A DNA stretch of 45,891 nucleotides from contig JBDKFG010000035.1 of NCBI GenBank assembly GCA_039798785.1, forward strand, positions 1-45,891, read 5' to 3'. The notes below the pieces were generated by a model that did no database searches, had not been told where the DNA came from, and saw only the letters and a program-made list of their open reading frames with translations. Of this stretch, positions 1-8,619 are shown one piece after another. This DNA is from Verrucomicrobiota bacterium. GTDB lineage: Bacteria; Verrucomicrobiota; Lentisphaeria; Lentisphaerales; Lentisphaeraceae. Numbering within the stretch: the stretch's first letter is position 1; each line of letters begins with the position of its first letter. The translations under genes were made by a program, and so were the position numbers.

Positions 1-23
1 CCGAAGTTGAGCATGTCACGCAT
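1..23 (-). CDS. Probable 5' end of a gene running off the left edge (MRDMLNF...)
   Basis: On the minus strand GGGAAG precedes an ATG at 23 and the frame stays open to the edge; too short to identify. Confidence 0.3.
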
Positions 24-109
24 TCACTTCCCAGTTTTCGCCTCATATTCCGGCCATTTCCGCCTTAATCTCCAGAAAACCCTCAAAAAAACGCTAAATC
101 CTTACACGA

Positions 110-140
110 GAAAACCTCCGGTCGAAACCGGGGATTTTTC
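110..140 (-). terminator. Intrinsic terminator-like hairpin after the HUH gene
   Basis: AAAACCTCCGGT-CGAA-ACCGGGGATTTTT; TTCG loop on the minus strand, A/T tracts on both sides, 20 nt past the stop at 161. Confidence 0.6.
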
Positions 141-160
141 AGAGTTGGATGGCGAAGGTC

Positions 161-1108
161 TTAGGCTTCGGGTGGCGGTCGAGGCCGTCCCTCGCGGACG
201 ATGAAGTCGATGAATTCCGCGAGACAGTAGTAGATGCGCCGGAGATCGCGGTCTTTGTCGGTGAAGGTCTTCATCTCGGCTCGCAGGGCGCTGCTGTCGC
301 GCTTTTCACGTGCTTGGGTAACGAGGTCCATCAGGCGTTGCGTGATGCGCAAAAGCTCGGGATCGTCGGGCTTGAGATTCTTTCGTTTGGCGTAGTTGGC
401 CAGGGCGTTTTTGGTCGAACGGATGACGCAGTGCTCGGCGACGGTGGCGAAGTACAGTTGGATGAAGTTCGGGCTGTTCTTGTCTGCGGCGATCCTGGCC
501 TTGGCCTTCTGGATTTCCTCTTCCCCGATGAAGTTGCGCAGGGCGCTTTCCGCTTCTTCCTCGCTGCGGAACTGGTGTTTGCCGTGACGCGAGAAGTCGC
601 CGATGCGGGAGTTCTTGTCGTCAAGCGGCGTGATCGCAGTGCCGCCGTCGCTGCCTTGGTTTTCGATGTAGCTGACGATGTTGCCCAGAGCTCGCAGCGG
701 GTCGCCGCCGCATTCGACGAGATACTCGTCCTCGATCTTGCGTGCTTCGTAGGAACGGGCCAGCATGGTGCCTTTGCGTCCGGGGCGGATCTTCTTGTTG
801 AACTTCCTGACCATCGCCACGAAGATGCTTTTCATCAGCTTCGGCAAGTCGGCGCCGGCGCGGCACAGCCATTCCTTGCGAGCTTCGTTCTTCAGGGGAC
901 CGAAGAGCTCGAAGTCCCACTCCTTTTCCAGCTCTTTCGTGCTGAGCATCCGGCCGCTGGCGATGATGCCGATGTGCAGATGCGTGTTGTAGGTGTAGTC
1001 GCTGATGATGTCGAAGCCCGAGGCGCGGAAGCGTCCGCGCAGGTAGCTCTCTACCCATTTCCGCTCGACTTCACTGAGGAAGAGCTCCCAGTCAAAGTGA
1101 ATCCACAC
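161..1108 (-). CDS. Divergent HUH/Y1 tyrosine transposase-like protein (RAYT / IS200 TnpA fold) with C-terminal extension
   Basis: HUH motif NTHLHI; RAYT-like segment LMKSIF..FNKKIRPGRKGTMLARSYEA; IS200-like catalytic-Tyr motif VSYIENQ. The frame is open upstream to a stop at 1208-1210, so the true start may be the CTG at 1189. Confidence 0.65.
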   Translation of the reverse strand: MWIHFDWELFLSEVERKWVESYLRGRFRASGFDIISDYTYNTHLHIGIIASGRMLSTKELEKEWDFELFGPLKNEARKEWLCRAGADLPKLMKSIFVAMVRKFNKKIRPGRKGTMLARSYEARKIEDEYLVECGGDPLRALGNIVSYIENQGSDGGTAITPLDDKNSRIGDFSRHGKHQFRSEEEAESALRNFIGEEEIQKAKARIAADKNSPNFIQLYFATVAEHCVIRSTKNALANYAKRKNLKPDDPELLRITQRLMDLVTQAREKRDSSALRAEMKTFTDKDRDLRRIYYCLAEFIDFIVREGRPRPPPEA

Positions 1109-1235
1109 ATGCAGGAAGATGCGGCTCGCCTCAAGCCAAGATTCGCCCTGGAATTTCGCGTCTTCCGGAATGAATCCGTGGCGCCGCAGACTAAATTCAG
1201 TGCAGCTCTACATCCTAACCAACCCCTGAATTCCC

Positions 1236-2579
1236 ATGGCAAAACTCTTCGGCACTGATGGCATCCGCGGCAAGGCAAACGTCTATCCCGTCACCCCTGA
1301 AATGGCGATGCGCCTCGGCAAGGCGATCGCCCTCGTCCTCGGCCAGGGCGGCCGCCGCCAGCGCGCCATCATCGGCAAGGACACCCGCCTCTCCGGCTAC
1401 ATGCTCGAGACCGCCCTCGCCTCCGGCCTTGTCAGCATGGGCATGGACGTCTACCTCGTCGGCCCTGTCCCCACCCCCGCCCTCGCCCACTTCGCCAAGT
1501 CGATGCAGACTTCCGCCGGCCTGATGATCACCGCCTCGCACAACCCCGCCGAAGACAACGGCATCAAGATCTTCGACGGCCAGGGTTTCAAGCTGCCCGA
1601 CGAGGTCGAGGAAAAGATCGAAGCCCTGCTTCTCTCCGGCGAAGAACTGGTCCCTGCGGATCCCGCAAAAATGGGCAAGGCCTTCCGCATCGACGACGCC
1701 GGCGGCCGCTACATCGAGTTCGCCAAGAACGCCATCGACAACGCCTCGCTCGACGGCCTGAAAGTGGTGATGGACTGCGCCCACGGCGCCGCCTACTGGC
1801 TGTCGCCAATGATCTTCAAGGAACTCGGCTGCGAGCTCACCAAGCTCAGCACCGCCCCCGATGGTCTCAACATCAACGACAACTGCGGCGCCCTCCACCC
1901 CGAACACATGGCGGCCGAAGTGGTCAAACGCGGCGCCCAGGTCGGCGTCGCCTTCGACGGCGATGCCGACCGCGTCATCATCGCTGACGAGAAGGGGAAC
2001 ATCGTCGACGGCGACCGCATCATCGCCATGCTTGCCCTGGACATGAAGCGCCGCGGCGTCCTGAAAAACAACGCCGTCGCGGTCACCTCGATGACCAACC
2101 TCGGCTTCCACGACGCGATGAAAAAAGCCGGCATCCGCACCGTCGTCACCGGCGTCGGCGACCGCTATGTCATCGAAGCCATGCGCGAGCAGGATCTCAG
2201 CATCGGCGGCGAACAATCCGGCCACATCATCCTGAGCGACGTCTCGACCACTGGCGACGGCAGCATCGCCGCCCTTCGCGTCCTGCGTCTGATGAAAGAG
2301 AGCGGCAAGCCACTTTCCGAGCTGGCCGAGTGCATGTCGGTCTATCCGCAGCTCTTGACCAATTTGAAATTCGCCACCAAGCGCCCTCTCGACGAGATGC
2401 CCGCTCTGCAGAGCCAATGGCGCACTTGCGAAGCCGAGCTTGGCGACAGCGGCCGCATCGTCATCCGCTGGTCGGGCACCGAAAGCAAACTTCGCATCCT
2501 TGTCGAAGCCAAGTCCCAGGCCGAAGTCGACTCCTGCTCGGCGCGACTTGCGGACGCCGCGAAAAAGGACCTCGGCTGA
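1236..2579 (+). CDS. glmM: Phosphoglucosamine mutase
   Basis: LFGTDGIRG, TASHNP phosphoserine loop, FDGDADR metal loop, GGEQSGH; 447 aa. Confidence 0.96.
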   Translation: MAKLFGTDGIRGKANVYPVTPEMAMRLGKAIALVLGQGGRRQRAIIGKDTRLSGYMLETALASGLVSMGMDVYLVGPVPTPALAHFAKSMQTSAGLMITASHNPAEDNGIKIFDGQGFKLPDEVEEKIEALLLSGEELVPADPAKMGKAFRIDDAGGRYIEFAKNAIDNASLDGLKVVMDCAHGAAYWLSPMIFKELGCELTKLSTAPDGLNINDNCGALHPEHMAAEVVKRGAQVGVAFDGDADRVIIADEKGNIVDGDRIIAMLALDMKRRGVLKNNAVAVTSMTNLGFHDAMKKAGIRTVVTGVGDRYVIEAMREQDLSIGGEQSGHIILSDVSTTGDGSIAALRVLRLMKESGKPLSELAECMSVYPQLLTNLKFATKRPLDEMPALQSQWRTCEAELGDSGRIVIRWSGTESKLRILVEAKSQAEVDSCSARLADAAKKDLG

Positions 2580-2621
2580 GGTGTATCGCCTAAATTTTCT
2601 CGCTCAACGGGGGGCTTGCAG

Positions 2622-3296
2622 ATGGGGCTGGATTGGAATCCGATGGGAAAACCCCAAGCCGGGAAGGAAGCGGAATTCAAGAGCCTCTTCGAAGCCTTGA
2701 CGGCGCCGCCGCCGAAGCCGACTTTCTGGCAGAATCTCCTTGGGACGACGCCGAAAGAAGACCGATCCGCCCTGAAACAGCGCTTCCGGGACTTGATGAT
2801 CCTTCCTTACGAAACCTTGCAAGCTCCGCGAGTCGGATTTTCAGCCGCGGCCGACGCTTGGCTCAAGGATAAGTATGAATTGATGCCGGAGCCACGCCCT
2901 GCCTGGGATGAACATCGGGAGAAGATGAAGGGGTACTACGTCTTGGATCTGGTGCCAGCCTGTGAAGGCTTGCCGCAGTTCTCGAACGCAGCACTTGGCT
3001 ACGCCGAGCTCTTCAGTTTCCGTGCTCAGTTTCTCCGCGATTGCGAAGACATTCTCGGGGAAGAGCTTTTGGAACGTTGTTACCAGCACTGCCTGGCCGA
3101 GGATTTGGCATCGCTTGGTCAGGCCATCGAAAACAAGGCTCTCGCTTGGGCTGCCGGCAAGAAGATTGACCTGCCTTCGGATGATGCCGAGCTAGAACCC
3201 GAAAGCGACGAAGAGAAGCTGGCTGTGATGATCGCCGCGGCCAAATGGGCTCGCTTCTGGTCCTCACAAGGCCATGGTTTGGAACCAGATTATTGA
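2622..3296 (+). CDS. Hypothetical protein (MGLDW...)
   Basis: Clean ORF after a G-rich RBS, less biased codon usage than glmM; no recognised motif. Confidence 0.7.
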   Translation: MGLDWNPMGKPQAGKEAEFKSLFEALTAPPPKPTFWQNLLGTTPKEDRSALKQRFRDLMILPYETLQAPRVGFSAAADAWLKDKYELMPEPRPAWDEHREKMKGYYVLDLVPACEGLPQFSNAALGYAELFSFRAQFLRDCEDILGEELLERCYQHCLAEDLASLGQAIENKALAWAAGKKIDLPSDDAELEPESDEEKLAVMIAAAKWARFWSSQGHGLEPDY

Positions 3297-3300
3297 AGAA

Positions 3301-3771
3301 ATGGCCTGGGATATATCACAAATCGACAGTAGCCGCATCCAATACAGCTTGCGACCCGGGTACGGCAAGGAAAAGCCGCTGCTTCTCGAGTTTTCTTTTC
3401 ACGGTTCTAGCAAATCGTTCCTGGCCCAACTGCTACCCATCCTTAAGCAGATAGATTTCCACTGCAACGACATCCAGGATCTCTGGATGAATGACCAGAT
3501 AGAGATCACTTTCCAATCTCCCAATGGGACGATTGATCTCAGTATCGATGTTTGGAACTTGGCATTTATTCATTCAGAGAACCAAGAACTCTTGAAGCGC
3601 ATCGATACACATCTTCTGGCGCAACCAGTTTTTCAATCCATGAAATGGAGCCATGAGAAAATCACCATTCCGATGGATCTGCTTTGCTCCCTCTGTAAAA
3701 AGACGATGCCAGTGGTCGAAGGCCAAACAAAAAAATCTTCGGCATACTGCGATAAATGCCTTGGCAAATAA
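3301..3771 (+). CDS. Hypothetical lower-GC protein with C-terminal CxxC-CxxC zinc ribbon
   Basis: ATG 4 nt after the previous stop; ends LLCSLC...AYCDKCLGK. Confidence 0.65.
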   Translation: MAWDISQIDSSRIQYSLRPGYGKEKPLLLEFSFHGSSKSFLAQLLPILKQIDFHCNDIQDLWMNDQIEITFQSPNGTIDLSIDVWNLAFIHSENQELLKRIDTHLLAQPVFQSMKWSHEKITIPMDLLCSLCKKTMPVVEGQTKKSSAYCDKCLGK

Positions 3772-3799
3772 AAATCTACCCAACTCCAACTCCATCCCC

Positions 3800-4459
3800 A
3801 TGAAACTCCTCTGCCCCCTCTGCCAGCGTCCCGCCGATCCAACTCAGGTCAACATGGCCGAGCTGATCGCCTACTGCCCCGATTGCCAGGAAACCTGGAA
3901 CTTCGGCGCGAAGAAAGCCGATGATGCGATTGACGACAAGGTCTTGGCCAAGCCGCCCTCGGGCTGCTCGAGAACTCGTGATGTCGAAGGCGTGGTCTTG
4001 CGGACGAGCACGCGTTCGCCGGCGGCGTTCTTCCTTGTTCCCTTCATGTGCGTCTGGTCGGGCTTCAGCCTTGGCGGCATTTACGGCACCCAGATAGTCC
4101 AAGGCAAGTTCAACCTGATGATGAGTCTTTTTGGCATCCCCTTCATCGCCGGCTCGGTGCTCTTCTGGGGAATCGCCTTGATGGCGAGTATCGGTCGTGA
4201 AGAGATCCTGATCACTCGCAAGGAGCTCCGCTATTTCATCGGTGTCGGCCGCATCGGTCGTCGCAAAGTGGTCGCTCTCGACGACTTGAAGTCGGTTAAG
4301 CTCGGCGAAGGAGAAAACCTCAATGGGCGAGTCAGTGCCGCCATCGTCATTGAAGGCGGTACGCACTTGCCGCTCGGCGGCTGCCTCAGCCAAGAACGCC
4401 GCTACTGGCTCTATCACGCACTGCGGGCGGAGATCGAGGCCACTCGGCTGAAGTCGTGA
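3800..4459 (+). CDS. Zinc-ribbon membrane protein with two TM helices
   Basis: MKLLCPLC...AYCPDC, then two hydrophobic segments (AAFFLVPFMCVWSGFSLGGIY; LMMSLFGIPFIAGSVLFWGIALM). Confidence 0.75.
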   Translation: MKLLCPLCQRPADPTQVNMAELIAYCPDCQETWNFGAKKADDAIDDKVLAKPPSGCSRTRDVEGVVLRTSTRSPAAFFLVPFMCVWSGFSLGGIYGTQIVQGKFNLMMSLFGIPFIAGSVLFWGIALMASIGREEILITRKELRYFIGVGRIGRRKVVALDDLKSVKLGEGENLNGRVSAAIVIEGGTHLPLGGCLSQERRYWLYHALRAEIEATRLKS

Positions 4460-4538
4460 GATTGTGAGATTGAGAGGAACCTGCGCAAGATCGGAATCCG
4501 GGTTTAGCTTCCTCGCCGAAAAATCGCAAGGAAATTCC

Positions 4539-5330
4539 ATGAGCTTACCCGATGTCCTGGCGCGCATCGTCGCCACCAAGAAACTCGAAGTCGCCGCTTT
4601 GGAGCCGGAGCGCCAGGCCTTGGCCGCCGCCGCCAGCGCCTGCAAGCGCCCGACCCGCTCACTCCGCGCGGCACTCCTCGCCGCCCCCGGACTCGCGGTC
4701 ATCTCCGAATGCAAAAAAGCCTCGCCTAGCGTCGGCATCATCGAAGCCGATTACCGGCCCGGCGAAATGGCCGCCTGCTACGAAAATGCCGGAGCCGCAG
4801 CGATCTCCTGCCTCACCGATCGCGATTACTTCCAGGGTTGCTCCGCCGACCTGCAGGCGGTCCGCGCCGCCGTCAAAATCCCGGTTCTGCGCAAGGATTT
4901 CGTCATCGATGAAGTCCAGATCGACGAAGCCCGGATCTGGGGGGCTGACGCCTTTCTGCTGATCGCCGCGATCCTCAGCGTCGAGGAGATGCGCCGTTTC
5001 ATCGCCTATGGACGCCGTCTCGGTCTCGAGGCGCTGGTCGAGGTGCACGACGAAGAAGAGATGCGCGCCGCCGCCGCGGCCGGGGCGGAGATCGTCGGCG
5101 TCAACAACCGCGATCTGCGCAGCTTCCAGGTCGATCTCGGCCTCACTTGCCGTCTGGCCCCCTTCGCTCCGCCCGGAGCGCCGCTGGTCGGCGAAAGCGG
5201 CATCAAGACCCCCGCCGACGCCCGCCGCCTCGAGGCCTGCGGCTGCCGAGCCATCCTGGTCGGCGAATCCTTGATGCGCCAAGGTCCAGCCGGCTGCGGC
5301 TTCTTGCTGAAGGGCTTGGCGGGTTTGTAA
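4539..5330 (+). CDS. trpC: Indole-3-glycerol phosphate synthase
   Basis: ISECKKASPS, VLRKDF, ALVEVH, GVNNRDL, VGESGI, LVGESLM. Confidence 0.96.
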   Translation: MSLPDVLARIVATKKLEVAALEPERQALAAAASACKRPTRSLRAALLAAPGLAVISECKKASPSVGIIEADYRPGEMAACYENAGAAAISCLTDRDYFQGCSADLQAVRAAVKIPVLRKDFVIDEVQIDEARIWGADAFLLIAAILSVEEMRRFIAYGRRLGLEALVEVHDEEEMRAAAAAGAEIVGVNNRDLRSFQVDLGLTCRLAPFAPPGAPLVGESGIKTPADARRLEACGCRAILVGESLMRQGPAGCGFLLKGLAGL

Positions 5331-5334
5331 ATCT

Positions 5335-6384
5335 TCAGCGATAGAACTCGCGCCGGATCTCGACCAGCTTTTCCTCAAGCCGGTTCGCATCAGGGCGTTC
5401 GGGCAGTCGGGAGCGGGCGAAGGCGGCGCGGATCTCGGCGATTTCACCTTCGGCACGGAGCAGCAGCTCTTCGTAGCTGAAGCGTCCGGAGCGGATGGCA
5501 AGGAGCTCGTCGCGATCGGGACGGCGCACCCGCACCACGCCCTCGCGGGCGATCTCGCGGGCCATGGCCAACAGGCGGAAGGTGTGCATCATGTTCTTGG
5601 CGTCGTAGCCGCGTCCCTGCTCGGCGGTGGCGCGATAGCGGGCCTCGTTGCGCTCCTCGCGCCACTGTTGCCATTCGCGGTGCTCCTTGCAGTGGGTCGA
5701 GAAGGCGTTGCGGTTGACGCAGATCAAGGCGGCGGCTTGAGCTTCCTTGGGCAGGCTGGCGAGCAGAATGTCGGTGGCGTCTTCGCTGCTCACCAGTCCC
5801 GGCAGGCCGGGGCCGTGGTAGAGGGCGAAGAGCCCAGGCATGTGGTCGAGGGCGACCAGTGCGCAATCTTCCTGACGCCAGTCGCGAGCGGCCAGCCAGG
5901 AACGCAGGGGCAGCGACTTGCCGTCCTCGGCGACGAAGGCGAAATCGAGCAAGGTGCGGCGACGGAAATCCTCCGGCAGGTTGACCTTTTTGTTGAGGCC
6001 GCGAGCTCGTTTCACCTGGGCCTCCGCGTAGCCGAGGAAGCTGTCCTCGCAGAGTCGCGACAGCAGCGATTCCACCGGCAGGGCGGCCAAAAGCGGGTGC
6101 TTAAGGTGTAGCGATTCGTCGTCGGTGGCGAGCAGCTCCAAGGCTGAGGGATTATTGACCGCCAACAGCTTAAGGAACTTGCCGATCTCCCAGTAGACCT
6201 CATCGTTCTTGTCGTCGGCGATCTGCTCCAGCGGCGCGAAGCCATAAAAGAGCTCGCGAGGCTGGAGGAAGACGCCGCGGCGGTCGCGATCAGACTCCGG
6301 CAGCTGCAAGCCGTAGGCGTGCGAGCCTGCATCGGCATCGAGCAGGAGGAGTTCGGGACGGGAGAAGAGGTCGGAGAGGGTCAT
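5335..6384 (-). CDS. Pol-beta superfamily nucleotidyltransferase (RlaP/PF10127-like, long form)
   Basis: GSHAYGL..PESDRDRRGVF (GS..DxD), NNPSALELL, GYDAKNMMHTFRLL. Confidence 0.88.
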   Translation of the reverse strand: MTLSDLFSRPELLLLDADAGSHAYGLQLPESDRDRRGVFLQPRELFYGFAPLEQIADDKNDEVYWEIGKFLKLLAVNNPSALELLATDDESLHLKHPLLAALPVESLLSRLCEDSFLGYAEAQVKRARGLNKKVNLPEDFRRRTLLDFAFVAEDGKSLPLRSWLAARDWRQEDCALVALDHMPGLFALYHGPGLPGLVSSEDATDILLASLPKEAQAAALICVNRNAFSTHCKEHREWQQWREERNEARYRATAEQGRGYDAKNMMHTFRLLAMAREIAREGVVRVRRPDRDELLAIRSGRFSYEELLLRAEGEIAEIRAAFARSRLPERPDANRLEEKLVEIRREFYR

Positions 6385-7307
6385 GTTTTATCTGTGTAGT
6401 TTAATTGTTGTATGTTTTCGGGTGGGTCACCATGTAGATCACGGAATTCACATATGTATTTATCTATATTTTTGTTATTTTTCATATGTAATTCATTTAT
6501 TGCGTACAATATAATAATCATGCTTTCACGGTCTTTGTATTCTTGCCAAATCTCATCAATAAGATCAGCGACTATGGATATTTCGAATTTTATCAGTAGA
6601 TGTATTATTGTTATTTTTGTGTATATGTTTTTATTTTTAAAGATATTAATTATAATATCAAGGTCTTCATTCTTTATAAAATAAAATTTGTAGAACATTT
6701 CAATGAGATATTCATCGCATTTTTCATTGCGTCTATTTATGCATGATTTTAATATGTAGCGAAAGTCGTCATGTGATAAATATCCATCGTATGATAGATC
6801 GCTTCCTGGAACTAGGTATGAATGTGTGAGTATATCGCAGCCAGTGTCCCAAGAGATAAAAGTTAGTAATGCATCCAATGATTCTGGTGAGAGTCTTTTA
6901 ACAATTTTTTCCTGAAAAATATAGCTTATGCATTTATGTGCTATGCAATAATTATGGCTTTCGAAATTATCTTCAATAGCCCTTTCTTGAACTATTATAT
7001 TTTTATTTGATATTAATATTTTATTGATTAAATCTAAATTGAATGCGGCGCATTTAATTGATTTATTAAATAATAAACTGTCGTTATTTTGGTTGTTTTT
7101 GAATTCTTCGTATTTGGTAATTAGTTCACTTTTATTTGACTCACATATAAGTCTTTCTGGTATTTCAAAATATATTTCATCATTATTTGATCCATCCTCA
7201 GGAATAGATAAATAATATCTTTTGGAGTCCATTTCTTGGCCAATCGTAAACATCAGATCCCTGTTAACATGGATCTCCACAAAATCAGTGCCAAATTTTT
7301 TTTTCAT
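6381..7307 (-). CDS. Extremely AT-rich hypothetical protein, possibly immunity-like
   Basis: Long ORF in a sharply bounded AT-rich island; SD AGGGG before the ATG at 7307 (alternative TTG at 7343); its stop overlaps the NTase start (ATGA). Confidence 0.75.
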   Translation of the reverse strand: MKKKFGTDFVEIHVNRDLMFTIGQEMDSKRYYLSIPEDGSNNDEIYFEIPERLICESNKSELITKYEEFKNNQNNDSLLFNKSIKCAAFNLDLINKILISNKNIIVQERAIEDNFESHNYCIAHKCISYIFQEKIVKRLSPESLDALLTFISWDTGCDILTHSYLVPGSDLSYDGYLSHDDFRYILKSCINRRNEKCDEYLIEMFYKFYFIKNEDLDIIINIFKNKNIYTKITIIHLLIKFEISIVADLIDEIWQEYKDRESMIIILYAINELHMKNNKNIDKYICEFRDLHGDPPENIQQLNYTDKT

Positions 7308-7339
7308 GTTAACCCCTAGAATGAGATGTTGACTGAATT

Positions 7340-7804
7340 TCAAAGCCTAAGCCCGGTGGGGCCGTTGTCGCGGATCAGCGTCGGATCGGCTTCATCCCCG
7401 CTGAAGACATGGGCGCCCTCGAGAGGGCTCGAGCATTTCCAGCAGCAGGCGAAGGTGCCGGGGGATTTTTCACCGCAGGACTGGCACAGCAGTTCCTTCT
7501 TGGCGCTGCGTTGGGCGGCAACGCTGGGGAGTTCGAGAGCGGCAGGCGAAGGAGTTCCGATCCTATCGAGAAGATGGCGGCGGGCGGTTTCGATTTCGTG
7601 GCTTGTCAAGGGCAGCTGATTGGCGCAAAGACGGCACTCGAAGGACCAGCTTTCCTGCGTCGGCAAGGGAATGAGAGAGAAGAGATAGCTGATCGCCCGC
7701 AATTGATGAAGATGGAAAGGCGTTTCCTTGCCGCATTTCGAACACGGGCAGTCGAGGACGTGGCCGAGATCGCGTCGCGAGTTTTTGACGATGAAGAGGG
7801 GCAT
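7340..7804 (-). CDS. Zinc-ribbon protein with two Cys clusters
   Basis: CSKC...(LFSLIPLP)...CRLC resembling zinc_ribbon_15, plus a C-terminal CQSC...CWKC finger. Confidence 0.75.
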   Translation of the reverse strand: MPLFIVKNSRRDLGHVLDCPCSKCGKETPFHLHQLRAISYLFSLIPLPTQESWSFECRLCANQLPLTSHEIETARRHLLDRIGTPSPAALELPSVAAQRSAKKELLCQSCGEKSPGTFACCWKCSSPLEGAHVFSGDEADPTLIRDNGPTGLRL

Positions 7805-7858
7805 AGGACGATCCTTGGGCTAGGAAGGGTGGAGGATTCATTTTATGCCCTCTTGATT

Positions 7859-8617
7859 TCAGAAGCAAGTCCAGCGGCGCAGGCAGGCGTCGAGAGCAGT
7901 GGCGTCGGGCTTGCGGCCGGCGAGCTGCGGCACTTGTTCGAGGAGTCGCGCCGCCTCATCACGCAGCCAGGCGACGGGGAGTTCCGTCGCGGGCAGGGCG
8001 AAGCTCTCGCCGTGGGCGCACTTGAGGGGCAGCAGGCGGTCGATCTGCGATTGCCAGACGGCGTCCGCGACGAGCTGGCGCAGCGCGGCGAATTCGACCG
8101 GAGGGATCTCGTCGCGTTCGATCACCCAGCGGGCGGCAAGGACTGAACGCAGGGCGTAGAAGAGCTTCTTGAGCCGGACTTCCGGCTCGCCGAGGTAGTC
8201 GCGGTCGAAGTTGCGCAGCAGGCTGAGGTGGTGCATGGCCAGAGTCTTGGGCGCCATCTGCTCCGCGAGTTGCCGCATCTCGTCGCGACAGCCGGGAGCT
8301 TCGCGGTAGACGATGGGCGAGCGCAGCCATTCGGCGAGCGGGGCGTTGCTGCCGCCGAGCAGGCGCAGCGCCTTGCGCAGATCCCAGCCGCCGAGGTCGT
8401 AGATCGGATCGCTGGGCGACTCGATCACTTCGTCGCGATCGAAGACCGAGAGATACCAGTCGCGCGGGTGGGCATAGACGAAGCGCACATCGTAGTCGCT
8501 GTCGGGCGAGGCGAAGCCCCAGGCGCGACTGCCGGACTCGACGGCAAAAAGGATGCGGACGCCGCGCTCGCATTCATAAGTCTCGAGGCGGGAATGGATG
8601 GTGGCGAGGACATCCAT
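7859..8617 (-). CDS. Pol-beta superfamily nucleotidyltransferase (YcgL/RlaP, PF10127-like)
   Basis: AVESGSRAWGFASPDSDYDVRFVY, GWDLRKAL, EWLRSPIVY, KKLFYALRS. Confidence 0.92.
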   Translation of the reverse strand: MDVLATIHSRLETYECERGVRILFAVESGSRAWGFASPDSDYDVRFVYAHPRDWYLSVFDRDEVIESPSDPIYDLGGWDLRKALRLLGGSNAPLAEWLRSPIVYREAPGCRDEMRQLAEQMAPKTLAMHHLSLLRNFDRDYLGEPEVRLKKLFYALRSVLAARWVIERDEIPPVEFAALRQLVADAVWQSQIDRLLPLKCAHGESFALPATELPVAWLRDEAARLLEQVPQLAGRKPDATALDACLRRWTCF

Positions 8618-8619
8618 CT

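Noticed and set aside
161..1108. Complete IS200/IS605 element with TnpB
   Set aside because: No RuvC or Zn-finger TnpB ORF is visible in or beside the gene, and no paired subterminal hairpins were seen; the neighbour to the left is mostly outside the window
2580..7860. Integron attC sites around the small lower-GC genes
   Set aside because: Intergenic gaps are too short or lack the RYYYAAC...GTTRRRY inverted structure; no integrase in the window
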